Made by a program: the position numbers and the translations under genes. A DNA stretch of 64,000 bases from an uncultured Chthonomonadaceae bacterium (GTDB taxonomy: Bacteria > Armatimonadota > Chthonomonadetes > Chthonomonadales > Chthonomonadaceae), in NCBI GenBank assembly GCA_963817895.1, contig CAWFQB010000002.1, forward strand, positions 1-64,000. Reading direction: 5' to 3'. Position 1 is the stretch's first letter; every line of letters begins with the position of its first letter. Below, one piece after another: positions 9,854 through 19,675 of this stretch. The notes under the pieces were generated by a model that was not told where the DNA came from, searched no databases, and saw only the letters and a program-made list of their open reading frames with translations.

Positions 9854-10135
9854 CTAATCTATCTCCATCTCTACTTCGCCCACATCCAGCAGTGGGTTGC
9901 TTTCCAGCGTGTCCAGCACTTTGTCCAGAACGCGGTTGACGTGCTGTTTGTCGTTGGACACGAAGGCGACGCCCAATGTCGCCTTGCGCCACTGATCCAG
10001 ATCGTCCACTTCGGCAATCGAAATGTTGAACTTCTGGCGCGTGGTTTCAATCACGCTTTTGATAATCTGCCGCTTATCTTTCAGCGACTGTGTATCGTGC
10101 ATCCGCGCGACTATGGTAAGGGTTCCGATGTGCAT
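9854..10135 (-). CDS. ylxP: DUF503 family protein
   Basis: SLKDKRQIIKS...KFNISIAEV..LDQW; lies between infB and rbfA. Confidence 0.9.
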   Translation of the reverse strand: MHIGTLTIVARMHDTQSLKDKRQIIKSVIETTRQKFNISIAEVDDLDQWRKATLGVAFVSNDKQHVNRVLDKVLDTLESNPLLDVGEVEMEID

Positions 10136-10145
10136 AGTTAAGAGT

Positions 10146-10267
10146 AGGTGTCAGGTATCAGGTGTCAGGTGTCAGGGAAATGCAACTTGTTCCTACTTAC
10201 TCCTGTTTGGAACGAGACTAAGGCAGGAATGTAATTCCCTGACACTGACACCTGATACCTGACACCT
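10146..10267. repeat. Inverted pair of TCAGGTG heptamer arrays
   Basis: (TCAGGTG)n ... (CCTGACA)n; related arrays at 9751-9855 and 26133-26203. Confidence 0.85.
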
Positions 10268-12265
10268 TTAGTATCGTGGGACCTGGCGCATTTCAAAACA
10301 TTCCAGAATGTCGCCCTCTTTGACATCCGTGAAATCCTGAAGGACCACGCCGCACTCGTAGCCGGTGGCAACGTCGCGCACGTCGTCTTTCACGCGGCGC
10401 AGGGTATCAATTTTGCCGGTGAAGATGATATCCTTGCCCCGTCTGACGTTGACGCTGGCTCCGCGCTGGAGTTTGCCTTCCGTAACGAAGCTGCCCGCGA
10501 TGACAATGCCCTTCGGGGTTCGGAAGACCTGCCGCACTTCGGCTTTGCCCAGGTCTGCCGGCTCGTAGATGGGCGTAAGCAGGCCCTTCATGGCCTTATC
10601 CATGTCCTCGGTCAGGTCGTAGATGATGTTGTACAGGCGAATATCCACGCCGTCACGATCAGCGGTTTTTTGCGCCGCCACTTCCGCGCGCACGTTGAAA
10701 CCGATGATGATAGAGCCGGTCGTTTCCGCGTACAGCACGTCCGAGTCGGTGATGTTGCCCACATCGCTGTACTTGATGTTCAGGCGCACTTCGGCCTCTG
10801 TCTTGTTGGCTTCCAGTTTGTGCAATTGTCCGACAACCGCTTCCACGCTGCCCTGCACATCGCCCTTGACAACCAGATTCAGGTCTTTCACGGATACCAG
10901 AGCCGAAGCGCGGGCATAGTCCGCCAGCGTCGAGCGCCGGATCGTGCCGCTCAAACGGTTATCGCGCTGTACCTGCGTCCGGTCATCGCTCAGAGTTCGC
11001 GCTTCCTTTTCGGTCTTCGTGACCTGCACCTGATCGCCTGCATTGGGCGCGTTGTTCAGGCCGACCACTTCAACGGGCGTTGCGGGCGGCGCTTTCAGCA
11101 GCCGTTCGCCCCGCTCATTAATCATCGCGCGCACTTTGCCGAACGTGGAACCGGCCACAATGTTGTCGCCAACGCGCAGTGTGCCGGACTGCACCAGAAC
11201 GGTTGCGACCGGCCCGCGTCCCGGCTGCACATTCGCTTCCACAATCGCGCCCGTCATCGGCGCGGAGGGGTCCGCCTTGAACTCCTGCACTTCCGCCACG
11301 AGCAGAATGTATTCCAGCAGTTCGTTGATGCCGGTTCCATCCTTCGCGGAAACAGGCACGGAAATCACGTCGCCGCCGTAATCTTCCACCACTAAATTGT
11401 GTTCGGTCAACTGCTGCTTGATGCGGTCGGGCTTGGCGTCCGGCTTGTCCATCTTGTTCATCGCGACAATGATGGGAACTTCAGCGGCCTGCGCGTGATT
11501 GATCGCTTCCACGGTTTGCGGCATGATGCCGTCGTCGGCAGCCACAACCAGAATCACGATGTCGGTCACGCTTGCGCCGCGCGCCCGCATTTCGGTAAAC
11601 GCGGCGTGGCCGGGCGTGTCCAGAAACGTGATTTTCTGTTTCCCGCCGTTATGGTCTACCTCTACCTGATACGCGCCGATGTGTTGCGTGATGCCGCCAT
11701 GTTCGCCATCCACCACTTTCGTCTTGCGAATGGTGTCCAGCAGCGACGTTTTGCCATGATCGACGTGTCCCATGATGGTGACAACGGGCGGGCGCGGCTG
11801 CAAAGCTCCCGCAAGCGCTTTCGGTTTCGGCGCGGGTTTGGGCGCAGGCGCGGGCGCAGCCCCCGTCTCGGTTGCGGACGGCGCGGCGACCGGCTTTTCA
11901 GTTTTGGGCGCGAGCGTGAAGCCGAACGCGGCGGCCAGTTTACTGGCAAGGTCGGGCTTGATGCGCTGTCGGGGCGCAATCAACTCGTTCATGCCCATCA
12001 ATTTTTTTACGGCGTCGTTGGCGGTAATGCCCATCGCGTCGGCAATGTCCTGCACCGTTGGGTTCGGCCCGACTTCGGCCACTTTGCCTGTCGGCGCGGC
12101 CTTGAGCAGCATTTCGCGCACCATGCCGGCTGTTTCCAGATCAAGGGTCGCGTTTGTGCCGGACGCTTTCACGCCTAAATCCATCAAATCCGCCATCATC
12201 TCGGCGGGGGTCTTTTTCAGTTCTCTCGCTAAATCGCTAACTCGTACTCCTGCAATCGCTGTCAT
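10268..12265 (-). CDS. infB: Translation initiation factor IF-2
   Basis: [28 protein letters not shown]; likely start MTAIAGVRV at 12265. Confidence 0.97.
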   Translation of the reverse strand: MTAIAGVRVSDLARELKKTPAEMMADLMDLGVKASGTNATLDLETAGMVREMLLKAAPTGKVAEVGPNPTVQDIADAMGITANDAVKKLMGMNELIAPRQRIKPDLASKLAAAFGFTLAPKTEKPVAAPSATETGAAPAPAPKPAPKPKALAGALQPRPPVVTIMGHVDHGKTSLLDTIRKTKVVDGEHGGITQHIGAYQVEVDHNGGKQKITFLDTPGHAAFTEMRARGASVTDIVILVVAADDGIMPQTVEAINHAQAAEVPIIVAMNKMDKPDAKPDRIKQQLTEHNLVVEDYGGDVISVPVSAKDGTGINELLEYILLVAEVQEFKADPSAPMTGAIVEANVQPGRGPVATVLVQSGTLRVGDNIVAGSTFGKVRAMINERGERLLKAPPATPVEVVGLNNAPNAGDQVQVTKTEKEARTLSDDRTQVQRDNRLSGTIRRSTLADYARASALVSVKDLNLVVKGDVQGSVEAVVGQLHKLEANKTEAEVRLNIKYSDVGNITDSDVLYAETTGSIIIGFNVRAEVAAQKTADRDGVDIRLYNIIYDLTEDMDKAMKGLLTPIYEPADLGKAEVRQVFRTPKGIVIAGSFVTEGKLQRGASVNVRRGKDIIFTGKIDTLRRVKDDVRDVATGYECGVVLQDFTDVKEGDILECFEMRQVPRY

Positions 12266-12362
12266 GCGTCTTCGTTCTCGCTTTCCTGCGGCGTTCGCGC
12301 CGCTCCTCGGGTTGTTGGTGGTTACATTGGTGTTCGCTCCTCGGTTGAGAATCGCCGTTCTT

Positions 12363-12722
12363 TCAGAAAGCGGGCGGCAATTCGGTATCTTCCGCTGCGG
12401 GTTCAGCCGAAGTTGAAACCGGTGGCGGCATGGACACAATAGGTTCCGGCGAAGGATTTAATGCAGCCTGCGCGTTCAATTCCTCGAACAGGGTTTCCGG
12501 CACGCCGCTCACTTTGAGCGAGCGTTCCAGCTTTTTTTGCTTGCGGGCCAGCATAATGCAGGTTGTCCGCGCGCAAAGGTAGGCGCCCCGCCCCGACAGT
12601 TTGCCTGTCGGGTCGTAGCGGAGCGAGCCATCGGGTTGGCGCGCGATGCGCAGCAAATCGCGTTTCTCATCAGTTGCGCGACAGGCGACGCAGGTGCGAA
12701 TGGGCGTGTGTTTGGGCTTCAT
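12363..12722 (-). CDS. ylxR: YlxR / DUF448 RNA-binding protein
   Basis: PIRTCVACR...DPTGKLSGRGAYLC. Confidence 0.92.
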   Translation of the reverse strand: MKPKHTPIRTCVACRATDEKRDLLRIARQPDGSLRYDPTGKLSGRGAYLCARTTCIMLARKQKKLERSLKVSGVPETLFEELNAQAALNPSPEPIVSMPPPVSTSAEPAAEDTELPPAF

Positions 12723-12828
12723 AGGGTTAGGTTGTTAGTTGTTAGTTGTTATGTTGTTAGGTCTTAGATGCTAACCTTATCTCACGACACGAGCCGAGTT
12801 GCTGTTGCAGTAACCTAACAACCTAACG

Positions 12829-12858
12829 CAAAAAAACCGACGCAGGGATGCGGCGGCA
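12829..12858 (-). terminator. Intrinsic terminator-like hairpin between nusA and ylxR
   Basis: Minus strand CCGCCGCA-TCCC-TGCGTCGG followed by a T-run. Confidence 0.55.
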
Positions 12859-13166
12859 GAGGCAGACGCGCACTTAGGCCGGTTCGGATTGTCGGCGCAG
12901 GCGCGCAAACGGATACGAACGGCAGCAGGCGACTACATCATAGCCACTCCCCTGTTTTCCACGCGGTTACGCGCGCTGATGCCGCGCCGGGTGAATTCCG
13001 GCGCAACGCAGTCACGCGAACCAGTCGTTCTAATTGTCTTCATGATCGTTTCAACCGTGTCGTTCTCCGGGAGAGGTTCCTCCCGCTAAGAGCTTATCCC
13101 AACTAGCCCTCAACCCCTAACCCCTTCTCCCAAAGTTGGGAGAAGGGGAACCTATTGGGATAGGTT

Positions 13167-14426
13167 CTAAATCAATAAATCTTCACTGCCTGCAGTTTCG
13201 TCTGCGTCGGTTTCCTTTGTGCCGATAGGTTCCTCGGACAGGTTATCCTCTTTATCGGTGGAAGCGCCGCCAATGATAATCTTTTCTTTGTCCGAATGTG
13301 TGTTTGGATCGGAAGATTTCGCGCCGATGGTTACGGCCTCGTCTTCGTCCACATCGGCCTCGGTCATTTTCATCAGGGTGGCGCGGGCAACCTGCGCTTC
13401 GCTGCGAATGTCAATGCGCCATCCGGTCAGGCGGGCGGCGAGTCGCACATTCTGGCCGGCCTTGCCGATAGCGAGCGAAAGCTGCGTGTCCGGCACAACC
13501 ACAAACGCGCTTTTGTCATCATCCTTAACGGTGACTTTCACGGCTTTGGCCGGGGAAAGCGCTTCGCCAATGAAGGTTGCCATGTCCGCGTTCCAACGCA
13601 CAATGTCAATTTTCTCGTCGTACAGTTCGTTGACGACGGCCTGAACGCGGCTGCCCCGATGTCCCACGCACGAACCAACCGGGTCTACCTTTTCGTCGCG
13701 GCTCGTCACAGCGATTTTGGAGCGCGCGCCGGGTTCGCGCGCCACACTTTTAATCGTCACCACGCCATCGGCGATTTCGGGAACTTCCAGTTCAAACAGG
13801 CGGCGTATCAGGCTAGGATGGGTGCGGGATACCACGACCTGCGGCCCTTTGTTGGTGTCGCGCACTTCCAATACATATACTTTTATACGGTCATTGATGC
13901 GATAAGGTTCGCTTTCCACCTGTTCCTGCGCGGGCAGCAGGGCGTCAATTTTGCCCATGCCGATGATAATGTTGCGCCCCTCGCGCCGGGACACCATGCC
14001 CGTGACAACCTCGCCCTGCTTCTCGGAATACTCATCCATCACCTTGCGGCGCTCGGCTTCGCGGATGCGCTGCACGACCACCTGTTTGGCGGTCTGCGCG
14101 GCAATCCGTCCGAAATCCCCCTGCTTCACGTCCAGCGCCAGCACTTCGCCGACAAGAATATTCGGGTCGTGCTTGCGGGCGTCGGCAAGGCTGATCTCGT
14201 TGTAATCGTTGGTAACCTCTTCCACAACGACCTTTTCCGAATACACTTTGAACGGCGTGGTCGAAGCGCGGCTGCTGTCAATTGTGACCTTGACCTCGCC
14301 GGGAACGGGATTATTTTTTTTGTAAGCAGTCGCCAGAGCGGACTCGACCGTCTCGATCAGCGTGTCGAGCGGAATGTCTTTTTCTTTCGCGATCTGCTGC
14401 AAGGCTTCCAGAAATTCACCACTCAT
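13167..14426 (-). CDS. nusA: Transcription termination/antitermination factor NusA
   Basis: FGRIAAQTAKQV, AREPGARSK, SLAIGKAGQNVRLAARLTGW. Confidence 0.97.
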   Translation of the reverse strand: MSGEFLEALQQIAKEKDIPLDTLIETVESALATAYKKNNPVPGEVKVTIDSSRASTTPFKVYSEKVVVEEVTNDYNEISLADARKHDPNILVGEVLALDVKQGDFGRIAAQTAKQVVVQRIREAERRKVMDEYSEKQGEVVTGMVSRREGRNIIIGMGKIDALLPAQEQVESEPYRINDRIKVYVLEVRDTNKGPQVVVSRTHPSLIRRLFELEVPEIADGVVTIKSVAREPGARSKIAVTSRDEKVDPVGSCVGHRGSRVQAVVNELYDEKIDIVRWNADMATFIGEALSPAKAVKVTVKDDDKSAFVVVPDTQLSLAIGKAGQNVRLAARLTGWRIDIRSEAQVARATLMKMTEADVDEDEAVTIGAKSSDPNTHSDKEKIIIGGASTDKEDNLSEEPIGTKETDADETAGSEDLLI

Positions 14427-14459
14427 GCTATTTCTCCCAGCATGTCAGCCTTGTAATAC

Positions 14460-14484
14460 AAAAGAGTGGGCTGAACCCACTCTT
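14460..14484 (-). promoter_or_regulatory. rimP/nusA-leader-type hairpin
   Basis: Minus strand AAGAGTGGG-TTCAG-CCCACTCTT plus T-run, about 35 nt upstream of nusA; resembles the hairpin usually found before rimP. Confidence 0.6.
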
Positions 14485-14842
14485 GTTCGGGCGACGTTAT
14501 CATGCAATCGAAGTATATCACACCGGCAGGGAAAAAGCAAGGGGGAGGGGTTGGGGGTTGGGGGTTGGGGGTTGGTGGTTAGTTCTATAGACTGCCTGAT
14601 TCTTGCGGCAGAATAATTCAGAAATTTATTCTGACGACGCAGGAATGGGGCTGGAAACAAGGGAATATAGCGTTATGCGGTTCGGCGTTGTCCCCTCAAC
14701 CCCCTTGCGGCGTTCCGTTACCCCCTTGCGCAACTACCTATGTTGAGGAAGCGTCAGATATTGGGCATGAAGCGTGAAGACAGTATTATCTTTACGTTCA
14801 ATGCTCGACGCGCCACGCTTTCCTGTAATGGAGACTTCTGAA

Positions 14843-16132
14843 ATGCGAATCATGTTCATGCTGCCGGTTGTGTTGGGATTGAGCGTTCTTGCGGGGTGTG
14901 GCGGAGGCAGGGGCGAGCCTGTGTATAATGGAACGGGGTCTTCCGCCACAAAGAGTTTGCGCTACACGCTGACCGATCTTGGCGCGCTGCCGGTTAATTC
15001 CAGTTCGGCCTCGAAAGCCGTCCCGCAACAGTCGGGCGGAGCGGCAAACGCGGCGGGGCAGGGTGTCAACACCCGTTCCTCCCTGACTCGTTCGTCCTCG
15101 TCTCTGAAAGGCAGAAGCGTTGCCGACCTGACGGGTTTGGGCGAGGCCATTATCAGCCTGCATGGGGCGGCCATCAACAACGCGGGGCAGGTGGTCACAA
15201 CAGCGGGAAGCGTTTTCAACACGCAGGGGGCGCAGGCGTTCGTGTATCAGGCGGGAACCAAAACCACGCTGGGAACGCTGGGCGGCACGGCCAGTTTCGG
15301 CTTCGATGTCAACGCTTCCGGGCAGGCGGTGGGGGCTTCCAGTCTCGCCGGGGATAACGGCTTTCACGCCTGCCTGTACGATCAGCATCAGGTCACGGAT
15401 TTAGGCACGTTGGGCGGCAGCAGCAGCGCGGCTTACGCGCTGAACAACGCCGGGCAGATCGTCGGCATTTCGGACACGCAGCCCGCCTCCTCTGCTCCTC
15501 CGACCGATGCGACCGATCCGGCGACTCCCCACATCTTCCTGTACGAGAAGGGGCAGATGCGCGATTTAGGAACCCTGCCGGGATACGACACAACGCCCTA
15601 CGCCATTAACGACAGCGGGCAGATTGCCGGACGCGCCGTTTCCCTCGGTTCCGACAACCTGACGGCAATCACGGTCAACAACGGCATGATTACGCCCCTG
15701 CCCTCACTGGGCGGCAATTTCGACGGGGCTTTTGGCATCAACAACAACGGCGTGATCGTCGGCGCGTCGGCTACCGCGCCCCTGAACACTCCCAATTACC
15801 AGCAACATGCCGCGATGTGGCAGAACGGCAAAATAACCGATCTGGGTACGCTGCCCAACGGCAATCACGCCATCGCGTTCGGCGTCAACAGTCAGGGCAA
15901 CATCGTAGGCGGGTCTACGGCAGCAGCCCACAGCCTGTACGATCACGGGTTTGTGCGTCCGCATAACGGTACGATGCAGGACCTCAACACCCTGATTCCG
16001 GCGAATTCCGGCTGGCTGCTGCTTGGGGCGCAAAGCATCAACGATCAGGGCCAGATTGTCGGCACAGGCCGCGTCAACGGCGAGTTTCACGCTTACCTGC
16101 TTACGCCTGCCGGTACGGCAACAGGACTTTAG
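14843..16132 (+). CDS. HAF-repeat extracellular lipoprotein
   Basis: Lipobox LAGC; repeated DLGTLGG..S.A..IN..GQIVG and HA(F/Y) units. Confidence 0.88.
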   Translation: MRIMFMLPVVLGLSVLAGCGGGRGEPVYNGTGSSATKSLRYTLTDLGALPVNSSSASKAVPQQSGGAANAAGQGVNTRSSLTRSSSSLKGRSVADLTGLGEAIISLHGAAINNAGQVVTTAGSVFNTQGAQAFVYQAGTKTTLGTLGGTASFGFDVNASGQAVGASSLAGDNGFHACLYDQHQVTDLGTLGGSSSAAYALNNAGQIVGISDTQPASSAPPTDATDPATPHIFLYEKGQMRDLGTLPGYDTTPYAINDSGQIAGRAVSLGSDNLTAITVNNGMITPLPSLGGNFDGAFGINNNGVIVGASATAPLNTPNYQQHAAMWQNGKITDLGTLPNGNHAIAFGVNSQGNIVGGSTAAAHSLYDHGFVRPHNGTMQDLNTLIPANSGWLLLGAQSINDQGQIVGTGRVNGEFHAYLLTPAGTATGL

Positions 16133-16283
16133 TTCACCTGCGTCAGCGACATAAGTCGGTACACCTTCAAAGCAGAATGACAGGGTACGTTGTAGGGGTT
16201 CTGCTTGCTGAACCCTCCTCAAAAGTTGGCGGAATTCTCCTCAAACAGGGCGCAGCAAGCACGACAGAGGGCGCAGCAAGCAG

Positions 16284-17614
16284 CATAAGTGTCGAAAGCC
16301 CGCCTGCTTGCCTTATTTTGGCTAATCATCGGGTACAAATGGCGTTGCGCACAGCACCTGGCGCGTCCATACACGGCAGTCTTCGGCCAACCAGAACTTG
16401 ACGGAACGCCAACCCCGATCAATGCCCGTCTGCTGTTTGTACCAGATCAGCAGCAAGGCGGCAATCAGGCTCATATAGATCATGATGGTGATGCCGTTCT
16501 CGTTGCGACTGAGCAGGTGACTATACGAGAGGTGTTGCTTGACAAACTTGAAGAACACCTCGATGTCCCAACGGGAACGGTACAGGGCCGGGATTTCAGC
16601 AAAAGTATACAGACCTGCGTGTTGCCCGTCCTCAGACACGGGCAAGTTGGTCATCAACACGAGCGGCAGCCACAGGTTGCGCCGTTTGTCAAAGCGCAGA
16701 CCGTGTACCAGCACCAGCGGCATCCTGTCCCAACGCGCTTGTTCCTCCTGCGTTTCTTGATTGTTGCCAAACACCGCCTGCTGCACCTGTACCAGCACAA
16801 AGTCCGGTTCCTGCGCTTGGGGCGCTTGTGTGGGCAGACACTGTGGGGCGGCTTGCCACAGCGTTTGCACTTGCTGAAAGGCTTGTTGGCTGTGCGGCGT
16901 CAGCCAGAAACTGCCCGCCTGATGCAGCCGCGGCAAACGGGAGCGGTCATGGCAGCCTTTGTCGAATATCCAGAAATCGCCGGGTTGGGTATGCGCCAGC
17001 ATGGTATCGCCCAGCGCCACACAATCGCTCTTGTCGGACTTGGATTTGCACACCTTGAGTAACTGTGGCAGGCCCTCCTGGGAGAGTTCCACGACGCTCT
17101 TGACATGGCGCAGCGTCTTGTCAGGATTGGTCGTCTGATTGGACAAACCAAACGTCAGGAGCTTGGCCGACAGCGTGACCGTGGTGGCGTCAATGCGGCG
17201 CAAACGCAACGTCTGTGCCGTTGCCGGGGTGATCTTGGGAGACAACTTGGCGTACAGGTCGCCAAACAGGTCGCCAAAATAGGCCGGAGGCAACTTTGCC
17301 AGACACTTGCCCCAACTGCTATGGTCGCTACGACTGCTATGGTCGCTACGACAGCCCGTTTGCTGCTGATACGTTTCCTCCAGCACCCGCTGGCTCAACT
17401 CAGGATGGTTGAGCAGCCCATTGAGCAGGCACAAGAATACGACGGGGCCGGGCAACCGTACATTAGGGTGTACATCTATTTCATAGTGACACGCCAGTTG
17501 TTCCAAGCGTGTCAGGGGTACAAAGTCAAAGAGTTTTTTCAGAGCAATCATGCTCTGATTCTACAACCAACGGGGCGTACTCGCAAGTGAACGAGCGGGC
17601 TTTCGACACTTATG
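16284..17614 (-). mobile_element. IS4-family insertion sequence
   Basis: 20-bp inverted repeats CATAAGTGTCGAAAGCCCGC; 10-bp target duplication CAGCAAGCAG (16274-16283, 17615-17624). Confidence 0.92.
16322..17551 (-). CDS. IS4-family transposase
   Basis: RIDAT, IFDKG and YREK-type LYRSRWDIEVFFKFVK motifs. Confidence 0.92.
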   Translation of the reverse strand: MIALKKLFDFVPLTRLEQLACHYEIDVHPNVRLPGPVVFLCLLNGLLNHPELSQRVLEETYQQQTGCRSDHSSRSDHSSWGKCLAKLPPAYFGDLFGDLYAKLSPKITPATAQTLRLRRIDATTVTLSAKLLTFGLSNQTTNPDKTLRHVKSVVELSQEGLPQLLKVCKSKSDKSDCVALGDTMLAHTQPGDFWIFDKGCHDRSRLPRLHQAGSFWLTPHSQQAFQQVQTLWQAAPQCLPTQAPQAQEPDFVLVQVQQAVFGNNQETQEEQARWDRMPLVLVHGLRFDKRRNLWLPLVLMTNLPVSEDGQHAGLYTFAEIPALYRSRWDIEVFFKFVKQHLSYSHLLSRNENGITIMIYMSLIAALLLIWYKQQTGIDRGWRSVKFWLAEDCRVWTRQVLCATPFVPDD

Positions 17615-17843
17615 CAGCAAGCAGCGCCCCTACGGTGATGGCGTCAGCGTCGGTTCTTCCATTTCTAAATCCCAGGCATCATCATCCCACCAACGTTGCG
17701 ACAGCACTCTTCTGAGCAAGCGTCCACTCCTGCTTTGCATGGCTTTTATTACGATACCCGTTTCCGGCATTCTTGCACAACGGGCGCGACTCAAATATGA
17801 GTCGCGCCCGTCATGGTGGAAAAGCGATATTGCGCCTGGGAGA

Positions 17844-18542
17844 TCACAACGTTTTGCGGCGACGCGCAGACCAACACCCAATCCCCAACACCCAACACGC
17901 TCCTAACGCGACACTGCCGGGTTCGGGAACCGCGCTTGCCGTCAGGTTATCGTAAAGGTAGAATTCGCTGGCGGACGTTTGTACGGTGACGCGATTGAAG
18001 GGGTTGTTCGAGTTGATAACGCCAAAATAGGCCGCGTTGGTGAATGAGGCGTTAGGACCGAACGTGCCGACAGTGAAACTCTGGCTCGTACCCAGTACTG
18101 TATTTTGCAGCGCGAACGTGAGGGTATTAGCGGCAGGCGTATCGCCTACGTTGATGAGGTATGTTCCAAAAGCCACTATGGGCTGATTGAAGGTGAATAT
18201 CTGGTTCACGTTGAGCAGGTTGAACAGCGCTTTCGGCGTACTGATGGCGAGCGAGGGGGCGCTGGAAACAAACGTGTTACCCGCCGTTGCGGTAATGCCG
18301 GTCGCGCCAAAAACAAGCGTCGGACTGACCTGATTGTTAGGCAGGCCGTCAACGGTTTCCGTTCCGAAAACGGGGAGGGCGGCTTTAAAGTTGGCTTCCG
18401 CCTGTGAGGAAAAAGTCAGCGCGCCGCGAGGGTCGCCCGCGCCAAAGAACGTGGTTTGCGCCTGAGCCGTCGCGCCGAAGGCAAACAGGCACATGAGAAG
18501 GATAAATGCGGACGGAACAAAGTAGCGTACAGAATGCTTCAT
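17844..18542 (-). CDS. PEP-CTERM sorting domain protein
   Basis: Signal peptide ending AQA; C-terminal VPEPGS, hydrophobic stretch, RRRK. Confidence 0.88.
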   Translation of the reverse strand: MKHSVRYFVPSAFILLMCLFAFGATAQAQTTFFGAGDPRGALTFSSQAEANFKAALPVFGTETVDGLPNNQVSPTLVFGATGITATAGNTFVSSAPSLAISTPKALFNLLNVNQIFTFNQPIVAFGTYLINVGDTPAANTLTFALQNTVLGTSQSFTVGTFGPNASFTNAAYFGVINSNNPFNRVTVQTSASEFYLYDNLTASAVPEPGSVALGACWVLGIGCWSARRRKTL

Positions 18543-18637
18543 AAAGGTTTTGTCCTCGTGGAAAATTGTCAGCAATGGGAAAGCGGGCGCAAACATTCCG
18601 CCTGTTCCCGTAATTTCTATAGGCTGCGCAACGCGTC

Positions 18638-18670
18638 AAAAGCCCCGCGTTGTTGAAGAGCGGGGCTTTT
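18638..18670. terminator. Intrinsic terminator
   Basis: AAAAGCCCCGC...GCGGGGCTTTT just downstream of the 18690 gene. Confidence 0.7.
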
Positions 18671-18689
18671 GCCGGCCAGGAAGCGGGGA

Positions 18690-19334
18690 TTAGCGGGCGC
18701 GGCGGCGCGCGAGGAAGCCGCCGAACGTCAGCCCGCCCGCAAGTAGAGCGAGGCTGCCGGGTTCGGGAACCGGCGTCGGATTCGCCACGATGCTCACATT
18801 GTCCACATAAATGAGGTCGTTGTTGTTTGCCCCTGCGTTGAAGGCGGTGCTGCCGAGAACGAACGTCAGCTGTGTGGTGTTACCGGTGGCAAGCACGTTG
18901 TTGGCGGTAAATGTGAATGGCCCTGCGGAGGCAAACGGATCGAAGTTAGCAACGGTCACGCCGCCGAACTGAAGTTGCAGGTTGCCAACATCGCCAATCG
19001 TGAAATCACGCCCGAAATCAAAGCTGATGTTGTAAGTCTGGCCCCCCGTAGTTGCCAGCGTCTGCTGAACGCCGGTGACAGGAACACCAGGGTTGTGCCT
19101 GTTATAGAACTGCAGGCTCTGCCCTGTAATTACTCCGGTAACGATGTCTGCCTGACCGGCCGCAACCGTATAAATGCCATCTCCAAGATCGGAGGTGTGC
19201 GCGCCCAACGTGGCGCTCTCAAAGTCGGGGTCCATCACGATATTTTGCGCATGAGCGGCAGGGGAGCCGATCACCGCGAGGAGAGTAGCGGTGGTTAGCG
19301 CGCCTCGGAAACGAGCATGATTCATGAAGTTCAT
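18690..19334 (-). CDS. PEP-CTERM sorting domain protein
   Basis: Signal peptide ending AHA; VPEPGSLALLAGGL...RRRAR. Confidence 0.9.
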   Translation of the reverse strand: MNFMNHARFRGALTTATLLAVIGSPAAHAQNIVMDPDFESATLGAHTSDLGDGIYTVAAGQADIVTGVITGQSLQFYNRHNPGVPVTGVQQTLATTGGQTYNISFDFGRDFTIGDVGNLQLQFGGVTVANFDPFASAGPFTFTANNVLATGNTTQLTFVLGSTAFNAGANNNDLIYVDNVSIVANPTPVPEPGSLALLAGGLTFGGFLARRRAR

Positions 19335-19675
19335 TCTTTCCCGGTAAACCGATGAACTTTACTGCCTGTTGATGTTGTGACTGCAAATTCGCGGCGGCGT
19401 CGGCAGTATCCCAGATTCCCCTTTCAAAAGCAACTGGAAGCAACAGCCGAATAGACAGCGGCTGTTGCTTTCGTATAATGCGCGCGGCTCACAGATGTGA
19501 GTACAATCACATCTCCATATTGACATATTATTGCCTGTGCTAAAAATGGTTTGCGTGGAAGTTGGACGTTTGCGCAAAAGTTGGACATCTGGCGGCGACT
19601 ATGCTTCTCGTTTAGTGTAAAATATGTGGGAAGACTGATCTTTATCTATATCCATTGGCAGGAGCGCGGCATCAA

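Larger units (their letters stand above)
16192..17633. repeat. GTAG-type REP doublet split by IS4
   Basis: GTAGGGGTTCTGCTTGCTGAACCCT ... GGGCGCAGCAAGCAG/CGCCCCTAC; intact copy at 37332-37411. Confidence 0.8.

Noticed and set aside
12266..12439. N-terminal extension of IF-2 to 723 aa
   Set aside because: It overlaps ylxR and IF-2-like sequence begins at MTAIAGVRV (12265).
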